DNA of 64,000 nucleotides from Mobula hypostoma. Its lineage: Eukaryota. The translations under genes were made by a program, and so were the position numbers. The notes under the pieces were generated by a model, which was not told where the DNA came from, did not search any database, and saw only the letters and a list, made by a program, of their open reading frames with translations. The stretch's first letter is position 1. Every line of letters begins with the position of its first letter. Location: assembly GCF_963921235.1 (NCBI RefSeq), contig NC_086124.1, positions 16,430,001 through 16,494,000 on the forward strand. Reading direction: 5' to 3'. Shown here in pieces: positions 38,513 through 51,381 of the stretch.

Positions 38513-39920
38513 GACCATAAAACCTTGACCAACGAGCAGAATTAGGCGATTCAGCCCATCAGGTCTGATCCACCATTTCATCATGGCTGATCCCAGATCG
38601 CATTTCAACCCCATAAACCTGCCCTCTCACCATATCCCTTGATGCCCTGAGCAATCAGGAATCTATCACCTTCCACTTTAAATAAAATCACGGACTTGGC
38701 CTCCACCACAGTCTCAGAATCAGATTTATTATCACTGACATGTGTTGTGAAATTTGTTAACTGAGCAGCAGCAGTTCAATGCAGTACATAACATAGAAGA
38801 AAAGTTAATAATAAATAATTAAATTTACAGTATTAAAATCGTGCAAAAAAAAAAGAACTAATGTATATTAAAAAAGTGAGGTAGTGTTCATGGGTTCAAT
38901 GTTCATTCCACAGATTCACCACATTTGGCTAAAAATATTCCTCCATACTTCTGTTCTGAAAGGTTGCCCTCAATTTCGAGGCTGTGCCCTCTAATCCTGG
39001 ATACTCCCACCAGAGGAAACATCCTCTCCACATCCATCTTATCTAGTCCTTTCGATGAGATCCCATGCAGTCTTCTGAATTCCAGTGAATAAATGCCCAA
39101 AGCTGCTACAGATTGCTCATGTCCCAGAATCATCCTTGTGAATCTCTTCTGGACTTTCTCCAATGACAACATATCCTTTCTGAGATAAGGGGCTCAAAAC
39201 TATTGACAGTACTCCAAGTGTGGCCTCACTTGTGTTCTTATAAAGCTTCAGCAGTATCTACTTGTATTTATATTCTATTCCCCTTGAATTAAATGCCAAC
39301 AATGCATTTGCCTTCTTTTTCACAGACTCATCCTGTGAATTAACCTTCTGGGAGTTTTCCACAAGGACTCCAAAGTCCATTTGCACCTCTGATGTTTGAA
39401 TTTTCTCCCCATTTAGATAATAGTCTGCGTTATTGTTCCTTTTACCAACATATATTATACATTTTCCAGCACTGTATTGCACCTGCCACTTTTTTGCCCA
39501 TTCTTCCAACTTGCCTCAGTCCTGTTGCAATCGCGTTGCTTCCTCAGCACTACCTACCCCTCCACCTATCTTTGTATCATCCTCAATCTTTGCCACAAAG
39601 CCATCAATTCTATTATCTAAATCATTGTCAAACAATGTGGAAAGTAGCGGCTCCAAAACTGATCTCTGAGGAACACCACTAGTCACTGGCAGCCACCAGA
39701 AAAGGCCCCCTTTATTCCCACTCGCTACCTCCTGCTTCTCAGCCATTCCTCTATCAATGCCAGTAATTCCCATTGGATTTTATTTTGTTAAGCAACCTCA
39801 TATGTGGCACCTTATCAAATGCCTTTTGAAAATCCAAGTAAATGACATGCACTGCCTCTCCTTTGTCTGCCCTGCTTGTTACTTCCTCGAAGAATTCGAA
39901 CAGATATGCCAGGCAAGATA
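38513..39920 (-). mobile_element. CR1 RT-to-tail fragment with a short nested Rex-type tail (about 38715-38902)
   Basis: SGVPQRSVL, KIEDDTKIGG and WAKKWQVQY motifs. Confidence 0.88.
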
Positions 39921-40069
39921 TTTTATGCGGTTAGGCTGTTTCTCTTTGAACTTACTTCCATGTTTTTCTTTATTTTGGGGTTATCTGGAGAAGAATCTTA
40001 GAGTTGTATACTGCATACATACTTTGATAAAAATGAACTTCTGAAGCTTTGAAACTTCACGCTTCAGCA

Positions 40070-40560
40070 TTCATCGGTGACCCAGCGATTTAATGCGCAG
40101 GCGTAAAGGGCATCGGTTGTTCCCAAACTTGAGCATGCGCGCTGTTGACAAAAGGATCCGGAAGATCGGCAGCAGTTTGGAGCGGAGCTCCGGCGAAGGT
40201 TCATTCGGAACTGGCGGCCGCACCGTGACCCGAAGATAATTGCCGCGAATTTCCAACATGCTGTGGCCCTGCATCCTGGGACAGCATCGGTTATTTTCTT
40301 CTCTCAGCCCCACGATCTGTACCCGGAGAGTTTTCTGCTGATGAGCGAAGGTACTGGCGCCCATTTCTAGTACATGCGTATCGCTGAGACCGTGGTGAAT
40401 AGAGGGGTTTCTCTTTCGTGGGGAATTCTGGGTAGAGAGGCGACCATGGGTGACCTGTCCACGGCTCTCCTCTGCAGTCTGTAAGGCGTATTTGGAAGTA
40501 CAGTCTGAAGAAATGGGATCGGATGGATCTCTCAGACACCACCAGGCCCCAGCTGTGTAA
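40070..40560 (+). promoter_or_regulatory. CpG-rich promoter/first exon region of ZNF locus C
   Basis: NRF1-like TGCGCAGGCG and GCATGCGC, ETS CCGGAAG; the downstream part is homologous to 1070-1400. Confidence 0.65.
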
Positions 40561-41985
40561 ATCCAAAGATTAGAAACTGGGCACAAAAATATAGTTCGTA
40601 GTTAATCTCGATTAAATAGTATATCTGCCAGTTAATGAAGGTGTCTGTGTTAGTACTACATGAAAAAACAACAAAATCCTTCAATCGGTTTTAGTTCTTG
40701 AGAAAATCACCTTTGTTCTATCTCCCTGTGTTCTGGACTTTTCCACCCATAAGACCATAAGATACAAGAGCAGAAGTAGGCCATTTGGCCCATTGAGTCT
40801 GCTGCGCCATTCAATCATGGGCTGATCGAATTTGTCCAATCATCCCAACTCCCCTGCCTTCTCCCCATACTCTTTGCTGCCCTGTGGCTAATCAAGAATC
40901 TATCTGTCTCTGCTTTAAATGCACCCAATGACTTGTCCTCCACAGCTGCTTGTGGCAACATATTCCATAGATTTACCACCCTCATACTAAAGTAATTTCT
41001 CCACATATCTGTTGTAAATAGACGTCCTTCAATCCTGAAGTCGTGACCTTTTGTCCTAGACACCCCTACCATGAGAAATAACTTTGCGATATCTAATCTG
41101 TTTAGGCCTTTTAACATTCGTAATGTTTCTATGAGATCCCCCTCATTCTCCTGAGCTCCAGGGAATACAGCCCAAGAGCTATCAGATGTTCCTCATATGG
41201 TAACCCTTTCATTCCTGGAACCATTCTCATGAATCTTCTCTGAACCCTCTCCAATGTCACTATATCCTTTCTAAAATAAAGAGCGCAAAACTGCACACAA
41301 TATCCCAAGTGTGGTCTCATGAGTACCTTATAGAGCCTCAACATCACATCTCGGCTCTTATATTCTATACCTCTAGAAATGAATTTGCCTTCTTCACCAC
41401 CGACTCAACCTGGAGGTTAACCTTTAGGGTCTCCTGCACAAGGACTCTCAAGTCCCTTTGCATCTCTGCATTTTGAATTCTCTCCAAATCTAAATAATAG
41501 TCGGCCCGTTTATTTCTTCCAGCAAAGTGCATGACCATACACTTTCCAACATTGTATTTAATTTGCCACTTATTTGCCCACTCCCCTAAACTATCTAAGT
41601 CTTTCTGCAGGCTCTCTGTCCCATCATCACTCTCCGCTCCTCTACCTATCATCGGCAAATTTAGCCACAAATCCATTAATCCCATAGTGCAATTCATTGA
41701 CATACATTGTAAAAAGCAGCGGTCCCAACACTGACCCCTTTGGAACTCCACTGGTAACCGGCAGCCAGACAGAATGGGATTCCTTTACTCCTATTTGCTG
41801 TCTTCTACCTATCAGCCAATGCTCCACCCATGCTGGTAACTGCCCTGTAATTCCATCGGCTCTTATCTAGGTAAGCAGCCTAATGCGTGTCACCTTATCA
41901 AAGGCCTTCTGAAAATCCAAGTACACCACATCTACTGCGCCTCCTTTGTCTACCCTGCGTGTAATTTCCTTAAAAAATTGCAGTA

Positions 41986-42934
41986 TTGAATTAACTTTAT
42001 TTCTTACATCCTTCACAGACATGAGGAGTAAAAATCTTTTAAGTTATGTCTCCATTTAAATGTGCAATGTGCAATCATAGTAATTTATAATAAATAGAAC
42101 AGTCAATGTAATATAGAGTACACTCAAGTCAGTATGAGTTCATCAGTCTGATGGCCTGGTGAAAGAAGCTGTCCTGGAGCCTGCTGGTCCTGACTTTTAT
42201 GCTGCAGTACCACTTCCTGGATGGTGGCAGCTGGAATAGATTGTGGTTGGGATGGCTTGGGTCCCCAGTGATCCTACGGGCTCTTTTTACACCTGTCCTT
42301 GTAAACGTCCGGAATCATGGGAAGTTCACAACTACAGATGTGCTAGGCTGTCCACACCACTCTCTGCAGAGTCCTGCGATTAAGGGAGGTACAGTTCCCA
42401 TACCAGGCAGTGATGCAGCCAGACAAGATGCCCTCAACTGTGCTCTTGTAGAAGGTTCTTAGGATTTGGGGCTGTTACCAAACTTTCTCAACTGACTGAG
42501 ATGAAAGAGGTGCTGTTGTGCCTTTTTCACCACAGACCACGTGCGGTTCTTGGTGACTTGGATGCCGAGGAACTTGAAGCTGTTTACCCTCTCAACCACA
42601 GATCCATTGATGTCAATGCTTGTCTCCATTCCTCCTATAATCCACAACCAGCTCCTTTGTTTTTGAGGGAGAGGTTGTTTTCTTGACACCACCGTGTCAG
42701 GGAGATGATTTTTTTCCCTGTAGGCCACCTTGTTATTGTTTGAGATAAGGCCAATCAATGCAGTGTCGTTGGCAAATTTAGTTAGCAGATTGGAGCTGTG
42801 GGTGGCAATGCAGTCATGAGTATACAGGGAGTGAAGGAGGGGACTCAGTATGCAGCCCTGAGGGGCTCCTGTATTGAGAGTAGGAGGGTTGAAGGTGAGG
42901 GAGCCCACTCTTACAACCTGCTGGCTATCTGACA
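41986..42934 (-). mobile_element. Rex1/Babar LINE 3' part nested in CR1
   Basis: LNTGAPQGCILSPLLHSLYTHDC..KFANDTALIGLI..FKFLGI; the host CR1 resumes on both sides. Confidence 0.88.
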
Positions 42935-43768
42935 GGTTAGTCTGGCAGGATTTTCCTTTCAGGAAACCATGCTGGCTTTGGCCTATCTTGTCATGTGCCT
43001 CTAGGTACTCTGTAATCTCATCCGTAACAATCAATTCCAACAACTTCCCAACCACTGGTATCAGGCTAACAGGTCTATAGTTTCCTTTCTGCTGCCTCCC
43101 ACCCTTCTTAAATAGCGGGGTAACATTTGCAATCTTCCAATCATCTGGTACAATGCCAGAATCTATCAATTCTTGAAAGGTCATTGTTAATGCCTCCACA
43201 ATCTCTCCAGCTACTTCCTTCAGTACTTGAGGGTGCATTCCATCAGGTCCAGCAGATTTATCCACCCTCAGACCATTAAACTTCCTAAGCACCTTCTCAG
43301 TTGTAATTTTCACTGCACATACTTCACTTCCCTGACACTCTTGAATGTCCAGTATACTGCAGATGCCTTCCACTATGAAGACTGATGTAAAATAACGTAT
43401 TCAATTCCTCTGCCATCTCTACGTCTCTCCTTACAATCTCTCCAGCATCATTTTGTATTCTACCCTCAACTCTTTTTCCCTTTACATACTTAAAAAAATC
43501 TTTTAGTATCTTCTTTGATATTAGTCACCAGCTTCCTTTCATAATTCATCTTTTCCTTCCTAATGACCTTCTTATTTTCTTTCTGCAAGTTTTTAAAAGC
43601 TTCCTGATCCTCTATCTTCCCACTAGCTTTGGCTACTTTGTATGCCCTCTCTTTTGCTTTTATTTTGGCTCTGACTTTACTTGTCAACTATGTTAGTGAC
43701 CTTCTTCTATTCAAAAATTTCTTCTTATTTCAAATATATCTGTCTTGCACTTCCCCTATTTTTCGCAG

Positions 43769-44881
43769 CAAGGCATTTGATAAGGTACCCCATGCAAGGC
43801 TTATTGAGAAAGTGAGGAGGCATGGGATCCAAGAGGACTTTGCTTTGTGGATCCAGAATTGGCTTGGCCATAGAAGGCAAAGAGTGGTTGTGGACAGGTC
43901 ATATTCTGCATGGATGTCGGTGAGCAGTGGTGTGCCTCAGGGATCTGTTCTGGGACCCTTTCTCTTTGTCATTTTTATAAATGACCTGGATGAGGAAGTG
44001 GAGGGATGGGTTAGTAAATTTGCTGATGACACAAAGGTTGGGGGTGTTGTGGATAGTGCAGAGGCCTGTTAGATAGAGGGACATCGACAGGATGCAAAAC
44101 TGGGCTGAGAAGTGGCAGATGGAGTTCAACACAGATAAGTGTGAGGTGCTTCATTTTGGTAGGTTGAATATAATGGCAGAATATAGTATTAATGGTAAGA
44201 CTCTTTGCAGTGTGGAGGATGAGAGGAATCTTGGGGTCTGTGTCCATAGGACACTCAAAGCTGCTGTGCAGGTTTTACTGTGTGGTTACAAAGGAATACG
44301 GTGCATTGGCCTTCATCAACCGACCGATTGATTTCAAGTGCCGAAAGGTAATGTTACAGCTGTATAGGATCCTGGTCAGACCCCACTTGGAGTACAGTGC
44401 TCAGTTCTGGTCACCTCAGGAAGGATGTGGAAGCTATAGAAAGTGTGCAGAAGAGATTTACAAGGATGTTGCCTGGATTGGGGAGCATGCCTTATGAGAA
44501 TGGTTTAGTGAACTTGGCCTTTTCTCCTTGGAGTGACAGAGAATGAGAGGTGTCCTGATAGAAGTGTATAAGATGATGAGAGGCATTGATCATGTGGATA
44601 GTCAGAGGCTTTTTCTCAGGGCTGAAATGGCTAACAAGAGGGGGGTACCGAGGGGATGCCAGGGGTAAGTTTTTTACACAGAGTGGCATGGAATAGGCTG
44701 CCAGTGACTGTGGTGGAGGCGGATACAATAGAGTCTTTTAAGATGCTCCGGGATGGGTACATGGAGCTCTGAAAAATAAAGGGCTATGGGTAACTCTGGG
44801 TAATTTCTAAAGTAAGTACATATTCGGCACAGCTTTGTGTACCGAAGGGCCTGTATTGTGCTGTAGGTTTTCTATGTTTCT
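43769..44881 (+). mobile_element. CR1 (second subfamily) RT-to-tail fragment nested antisense in CR1
   Basis: [26 protein letters not shown]; tail TTTTCTATGTTTCT. Confidence 0.92.
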
Positions 44882-46033
44882 AAACTCCAGCCATTGCTGC
44901 TCTGCTGTCCTTCCTGCTAGTGTCCCTTTCCAGTCGACTTTGGGCAGTTCCCCTCTCGTGCCTTTGTAATTTCCTTTATTCTGCTGAAATACCAACACAT
45001 TGGAATTTAGTTTCTCCTTCTCAAAATTCAAAGTGAACGCCATCATATTATATTCACTGTTTCCTAAGGTTTCCTTAACCTTAAGCTCTTATAACCTCTG
45101 GATCATTGCACAACACTCAATCCAGCACAACCAATCTCCTAGTGGGCTCAAGAAGAAGCTGTTCTAAAAAGCCATCCCTTCGGTATTCTACAAATTCTGT
45201 TTCTTGAGGTACAGTACTAACCTGGTTTTCACAATCCACTTTCATGTTAAAATCCCCAATGATTATCATGACATTGCCCTTCTGACACGCCTTTTCTAGC
45301 TCCTGCTGCAATTTATCATCAACATCCCAGCTGCTTGGAGGCCTTAATACAACCACTATTCGGGTCCTTTTACCCTTGCCATTTCTTAACTCAAACCATA
45401 GAGACTCTGCACCTTTCGATCCTACGTCACCCCTTTCTAATGATATAATATTATTTTTTATGCACAGTTCCACACCACCTCCTCTGCCTACAAACTTATC
45501 TTTCTGTTACATTGTCTATCCTTGGATGTTCAGCTCCCAATGGCAGCCATCCCTTACTCAAGTTCCAGAGATGGCCACAACGTCATACTTGCCAATCTGT
45601 AGCTGAATTTCAAGATTGTCCATACCCATGAGAACAAGGTTTTGTTCCATTCTCTCAGGGTACATAATGATATCAAACACTTTTGTCCTGGGTAACAAGT
45701 GAACTGTAGCTTTCACATCAGGATTCGAAGAAGGAGTCTGAGAGTCTGAGTGGGAGTGCCGAGAAAGACATTTTTGAAATTTTCGTTATTTTTTTTCTCC
45801 AACGGCTTTCTGAGAGGCGGGACTGCGCAGGCGTGTGACGTCGGGCAGTGCAGCGCGGCAGATTTAAAAGGAACAAAGCCTCATAGAGCGGGCAGCATTG
45901 TTTGCGGGCTGCGGAGTGAGCCGGGAGCAGAGTGAAGACTTAAGGGCTTCGGCTCACCGGGCTTAGGCGGAAGCGGGCGAGGCGAGGAAGGTTTGACATT
46001 CATTTTCTGTTGCTATTTGAGGAGAGGGGCATT

Positions 46034-46957
46034 ATGACTGTGATGGCAGTTTGCTGTTCTCGGTGTCGGATGTGGGAGGCCCTGGAGTCTCCAAGCCTCC
46101 CGGACATCTACATCTGCGCCACGTGCATCGAGATGCAGCTCCTAAGGGACCGCGTTACGGAACTGGAGCTGCAGCTCGATGACCTTCGTCTGGTCAGGGA
46201 GAGCGAGGAGGTGATAGAGAGGAGTGAAAGGCAGGTGGTCACGCCGGGGCCACGGGAGGCAGACAAGTGGGTCACGGTTAGGAGGGGGAAGGGGAAAAGT
46301 CAGGTGATGGGGAGTACCCCGGTGGCTGTGCCCCTTAACAACAGGTACTCCTGTTTGAGTACTGTTGGGGGGGACAGCTTACCCGGGGGAAGCGACAGTG
46401 GCCGTGCCTCCGGCACAGAGTCTGGCCCTGTAGCTCAGAAGGGTAGGGCAAGGAAGAGGAGGGCATTTGTGATAGGGGACTCGATAGTAAGGGGGTCAGA
46501 TAGGCGATTCTGTGGACGCAGTCCAGAGACCCGGATGGTAGTTTGCCTCCCTGGTGCCAGGGTCCGGGATATTTCTGATCGTGTCCAAGATATCCTGAAG
46601 TGGGAGGGTGAGGAGCCAGAGGTCGTGGTACATATAGGTACCAATGACATAGGTAGGAAAAGGGATGAGGTCCTGAAAGGAGAATATAAGGAGCTAGGAA
46701 GGGAGTTGAGAAAAAGGACCGCAAAGGTAGTAATCTCGGGATTACTGCCTGTGCCACGCGACAGTGAGAGTAGGAATGCGATGAGGTGGAGGATAAATGG
46801 GTGGCTGAGGGATTGGAGCAGGGGGCAGGGATTCAAGTTTTTGGATCATTGGGACCTCTTTTGGCGCAGGCGTGACCTGTACAAAAAGGACGGGTTACAC
46901 TTGAATCCTAGGGGGACCAATATCCTGGCAGGGAGATTAGCGGGGCTACTGAGGTGA
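46034..46957 (+). CDS. CR1 ORF1: zinc finger, coiled coil, SGNH esterase
   Basis: CSRC..CATC, heptad LELQLDDL, GDS, HIGTND and DGLH motifs; first ATG at 46034. Confidence 0.9.
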   Translation: MTVMAVCCSRCRMWEALESPSLPDIYICATCIEMQLLRDRVTELELQLDDLRLVRESEEVIERSERQVVTPGPREADKWVTVRRGKGKSQVMGSTPVAVPLNNRYSCLSTVGGDSLPGGSDSGRASGTESGPVAQKGRARKRRAFVIGDSIVRGSDRRFCGRSPETRMVVCLPGARVRDISDRVQDILKWEGEEPEVVVHIGTNDIGRKRDEVLKGEYKELGRELRKRTAKVVISGLLPVPRDSESRNAMRWRINGWLRDWSRGQGFKFLDHWDLFWRRRDLYKKDGLHLNPRGTNILAGRLAGLLR

Positions 46958-46973
46958 CTTTAAACTAGAATGG

Positions 46974-49900
46974 TTGGGGGGTGGGAATCAAATTAAAGAG
47001 GCTAGGCGTGAGGAGGTTAGTTCACAACAGAGGGATGGGAACCAGTGCAGAGAGACAGAGGGGTGTAAAGTGAGCGTAGAAGCAAAAAGTGCAAAGAAGA
47101 AAAGTAAAAGTTGCAGGCCGACAAATCCAGGGCAAGCATTAAAAAGGGCCACTTTTCAACATAATTGTATAAGGGCTAAGAGAGTTGTAAAAGAGCGCCT
47201 GAAGGCTTTATGTGTCAATGCAAGGAGCATTCGTAATAAGGTGGATGAATTGAAAGTGCAGATTGTTATTAATGATTATGATATAGTTGGGATCACAGAG
47301 ACATGGCTCCAGGGTGACCAGGGATGGGAGCTCAACGTTCAGGGATATTCAATATTCAGGAGGGATAGACATGAAGGAAGGGGAGGTGGGGTGGTGTTGC
47401 TGGTTAAAGAAGAGATTAACGCAATAGAAAGGAAGGACATAAGCCGGGAAGATGTGGAATGGATATGGGTAGAGCTGTGTAACACTAAGGGGCAGAAGAC
47501 GCTGGTGGGAGTTGTGTACAGGCCACCTAACAGTAGTAGTGAGGTCGGAGATGGTATTAAACAGGAAATTAGAAATGTGTGCAATAAAGGAACAGCAGTT
47601 ATAATGGGTGACTTCAATCTACATGTAGACTGGGTGAACCAAATTGGTAAAGGTGCTGAGGAAGAGGATTTCTTGGAATGTATGTGGGATGGTTTTTTGA
47701 ACCAACATGTCGAGGAACCAACCAGAGAGCAGGCTATTCTGGACTGGGTTTTGAGCAATGAGGAAGGGTTAATTAGCGATCTTGTCGTGAGAGGCCCCTT
47801 GGGTAAGAGTGACCATAATATGGTGGAATTCTTCATTAAGATGGAGAGTGAGATAGTTAATTCAGAAACAAAGGTTCTGAACTTAAAGAGGGGTAACTTT
47901 GAAGGTATGAGACGTGAATTAGCTAAGATAGACTGGCAAATGACACTTAAAGGATTGACGGTGGATATGCAATGGCAAGCATTTAAAGGTTGCATGGATG
48001 AACTACAACGATTGTTCATCCCAGTTTGGCAAAAGAATAAATCAAGGAAGGTAGTGCACCGGTGGCTGACAAGAGAAATTAGGGATAGTATCAATTCCAA
48101 AGAAGTAGCATACAAATTAGCCAGAGAAAGTGGCTCACCTGAGGACTGGGAGAAATTCAGAGTTCAGCAGAGGAGGACAAAGGGCTTAATTAGGAAGGGG
48201 AAAAAAGATTATGAGAGAAAACTGGCGGGGAAAATAAAAATGGACTGTAAAAGCTTTTATAGATATGTAAAAAGGAAAAGACTGGTAAAGACAAATGTAG
48301 GTCCCCTGCAGACAGAAACAGGTGAATTGATTATGGAGAGCAAGGACATGGCAGACCAATTGAATAATTACTTTGGTTCTGTCTTCACTAAGGAGGACAT
48401 AAATAATCTTCCAGAAATAGTAAGGGACAGAGGGTCCAGTGAGATGGAGGAACTGAGTGAAATACATGTTAGTAGGGAAGTGGTGTTAAGTAGATTGAAG
48501 GCAGATAAATCCCCAGGGCCAGATGGTCTGCATCCTAGAGTGCTTAAGGAAGTAGCCCAAGAAATAGTGGATGCATTAGTGATAATTTTTCAAAACTCGT
48601 TAGATTCTGGACTAGTTCCTGAGGATTGGAGGGTGGCTAATGTAACCCCACTTTTTAAAAAAGGAGGGAGAGAGAAACCAGGGAATTATAGACCGGTTAG
48701 CCTAACGTCGGTGGTGGGGAAACTGCTGGAGTCAGTTATCAAGGATGTGATAACAACACATTTGGAAAGCGGTGAAATGATCGGACAAAGTCAGCATGGA
48801 TTTGTGAAAGGAAAATCATGTCTGACGAATCTCATAGAATTTTTTGAGGATGTAACTAGTAGAGTGGATAGGGGAGAACCAGTGGATGTGGTATATTTGG
48901 ATTTTCAAAAGGCTTTTGACAAGGTCCCACACAGGAGATTAGTGTGCAAACTTAAAGCACACGGTATTGGGGGTAAGGTATTGGTGTGGGTGGAGAATTG
49001 GTTAGCAGACAGGAAGCAAAGAGTGGGAATAAACGGGACCTTTTCAGAATGGCAGGCGGTGACTAGTGGGGTACCGCAAGGCTCAGTGTTGGGACCCCAG
49101 TTGTTTACAATATATATTAATGACTTGGATGAGGGAATTAAATGCAGCATCTCCAAGTTTGCGGATTTCACGAAGCTGGGTGGCAGTGTTAGCAGTGAGG
49201 AGGATGCTAAGAGAATGCAGGGTGACTTGGATAGGTTGGGTGAGTGGGCAAACTCATGGCAGATGCAATTTAATGTGGATAAATGTGAAGTTATCCACTT
49301 TGGTGGCAAAAATAGGAAAACAGATTATTATCTGAATGGTGGCCGATTAAGAAAAGGGGAGGTGCAACGAGACCTGGGTGTCATTATACACCAGTCATTG
49401 AAAGTGGGCATGCAGGTACAGCAGGCGGTGAAAAAGGCAAATGGTATGCTGGCATTTATAGCGAGAGGATTCGAGTACAGGAGCAGGGAGGTACTACTGC
49501 AGTTGTACAAGGCCTTGGTGAGACCACACCTGGAGTATTGTGTGCAGTTTTGGTCCCCTAATCTGAGGAAGGACATCTTTGCCATAGAGGGAGTACGAAG
49601 AAGGTTCACCAGATTGATTCCTGGGATGGCAGGACTTTCATATGAAGAAAGACTAGATGAACTGGGCTTGTACTCGTTGGATTTAGAAGATTGACGGGGG
49701 ATCTGATTGAAACGTATAAGATCCTAAAGGGATTGAGCAGGCTGGATGCAGGAAGATTGTTCCCGATGTTGGGGATGTCCAGAACGAGGGGTCACAGTTT
49801 GAGGATAGAGGGGAAGCCTTTTAGGACCGAGATTAGGAAAAACTTCTTCACACAGAGAGTGGTGAATCTGTGGAATTCTCTGCCACAGGAAACTGTTGAG

Positions 49901-49996
49901 GCCAGTTCATTGGCTATGTTTAAGAGGGAGTTAGATATGGCCCTTGTGGCTACAGGGGTCAGGGGGTATGGAGGGAAGGCTGGGGCGGGGTTCTGA
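46974..49996 (+). pseudogene. CR1 ORF2 (APE endonuclease and RT), inactivated
   Basis: ITETWL, GDFN, SDH; YLDFQKAFD, GVPQGS; catalytic FADD reads FADF; 1-nt deletion near 49680 shifts the C-terminus into ORF 49691-49996. Confidence 0.93.
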
Positions 49997-51381
49997 GTTG
50001 GATGATCAGCCATGATCATAATAAATGGCGATGCAGGCTCGAAGGGCTGAATGGCCTACTCCTGCACCTATTTTCTATGTTTCTATCACAAGAGTGCCAC
50101 ACTCTGGTGAGAAACCCTACTGCATTCCCCTTCATATTCACTGGCATTGCCATATGAGTTTACCACTGTCATTCACTGGGAGGGGGGAAGAGGGAAGGTT
50201 CAGAGTGATTAGAAAGTCTCCAGAATCGGCCATGTAATATCATGTGCTCTTTGTAGCACTGTGGGGCATGACCAGAACTTGAAATTATACTAATGGAGAG
50301 AGACAAACTGAGCCAAGTCACAGATTAAAGATGGGCAGAAACGGGCTATTCTGATGCAGACAGGAACACAGAGAATTTGATTATCAGTCTGAATGCCTGA
50401 GCTGCAACCAGTTAGACGATGAGTTGTTCCTACAACTTGTGACAGTATGAGGTCAGAGTTCACAGTAAAGACTAAAATTATTTCATCTGAAATGTTGTCC
50501 TTTAACCATTGATGTCTTTTGCAAATCTTTTTACAGGTTAGAAACTGCAAGTAATTTGTCCACTGGAATCTCAAACACAACAACACATCAACTTTGCTGT
50601 CATTATCCAGATATTTAAGGAGTGACCAGGTATTTCCTTTGTACCAATATATCTGTTGTTGATTCTTCGAGATGAAGAAGTATCTCATCCCAACTGGAAA
50701 CGTGCTTGTATCTGAAATGAGCTTTTCTGCTGAAACTCAGTAAAAACCGCTGCAACTGGGGTGCTGAGAACACATCAGCATTTGTTCACGAGAGATCAAT
50801 CCTTCAACTGTAATAACTGTGTGAGGCATTCATTACATTTCTGGCTGCAGGAAGCAATTCATTTTGCGATCCAGATTAAATATATGGCAAAAATTCTCAC
50901 AGAGAGGACCCTGTTACGTATCTGGGAAGGGATTCACTTACTCAGCCCACCACAGACAGACCAGTGAGTTCACAAGGGAGAGAGACTACACAATTGTTCC
51001 GTGTATGGGAAGAGATTGACTTAGGCATCAGCTCTGCTGACACACAAGTGAGTTCACATGCCGGAGTGGATGTACATCGGCTCGGAATGTGGGAAGGGAT
51101 TCCTTCACATCCCACCTGAAGAGATACCAACGAATTTACACTGGGGACAGGACATTCATTTGCTCAGACTGTGAGAAGGGATTCAATCAGTCGTCTTGAC
51201 TACTGGTGCTCCAGTCAGTTCACATCTGCTCAGTCTGTGGGAAGGGATTCATGCAGTCATCTCAACTGAAGCTACTTCAGCGAATTCACACAGAGGAGAG
51301 GCTTTCACCTGCTCAGACTGTCAGAACGGATTCACTCAGTCATCTCAGCAATTGGCACACTAGTCAGTTCACACCAAGGAG

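Larger units (their letters stand above)
40751..45623 (-). mobile_element. 5'-truncated CR1 LINE (ORF2) with 6-bp TSD, hosting two nested insertions
   Basis: ACCCAT at 40745-40750 and 45624-45629; empty site in paralog near 1510; EN and RT motifs. Confidence 0.92.
45721..50084 (+). mobile_element. Full-length CR1 LINE with 4-bp TSD
   Basis: ATCA at 45717-45720 and 50085-50088; empty site CTTTCACATCACAGAAGTGCC in the paralog near 1602-1622; CpG-rich 5' UTR, ORF1, ORF2, TTCTATGT tail. Confidence 0.97.

Noticed and set aside
47339-49609. Long minus-strand ORFs in the CR1
   Set aside because: Antisense shadows of ORF2.
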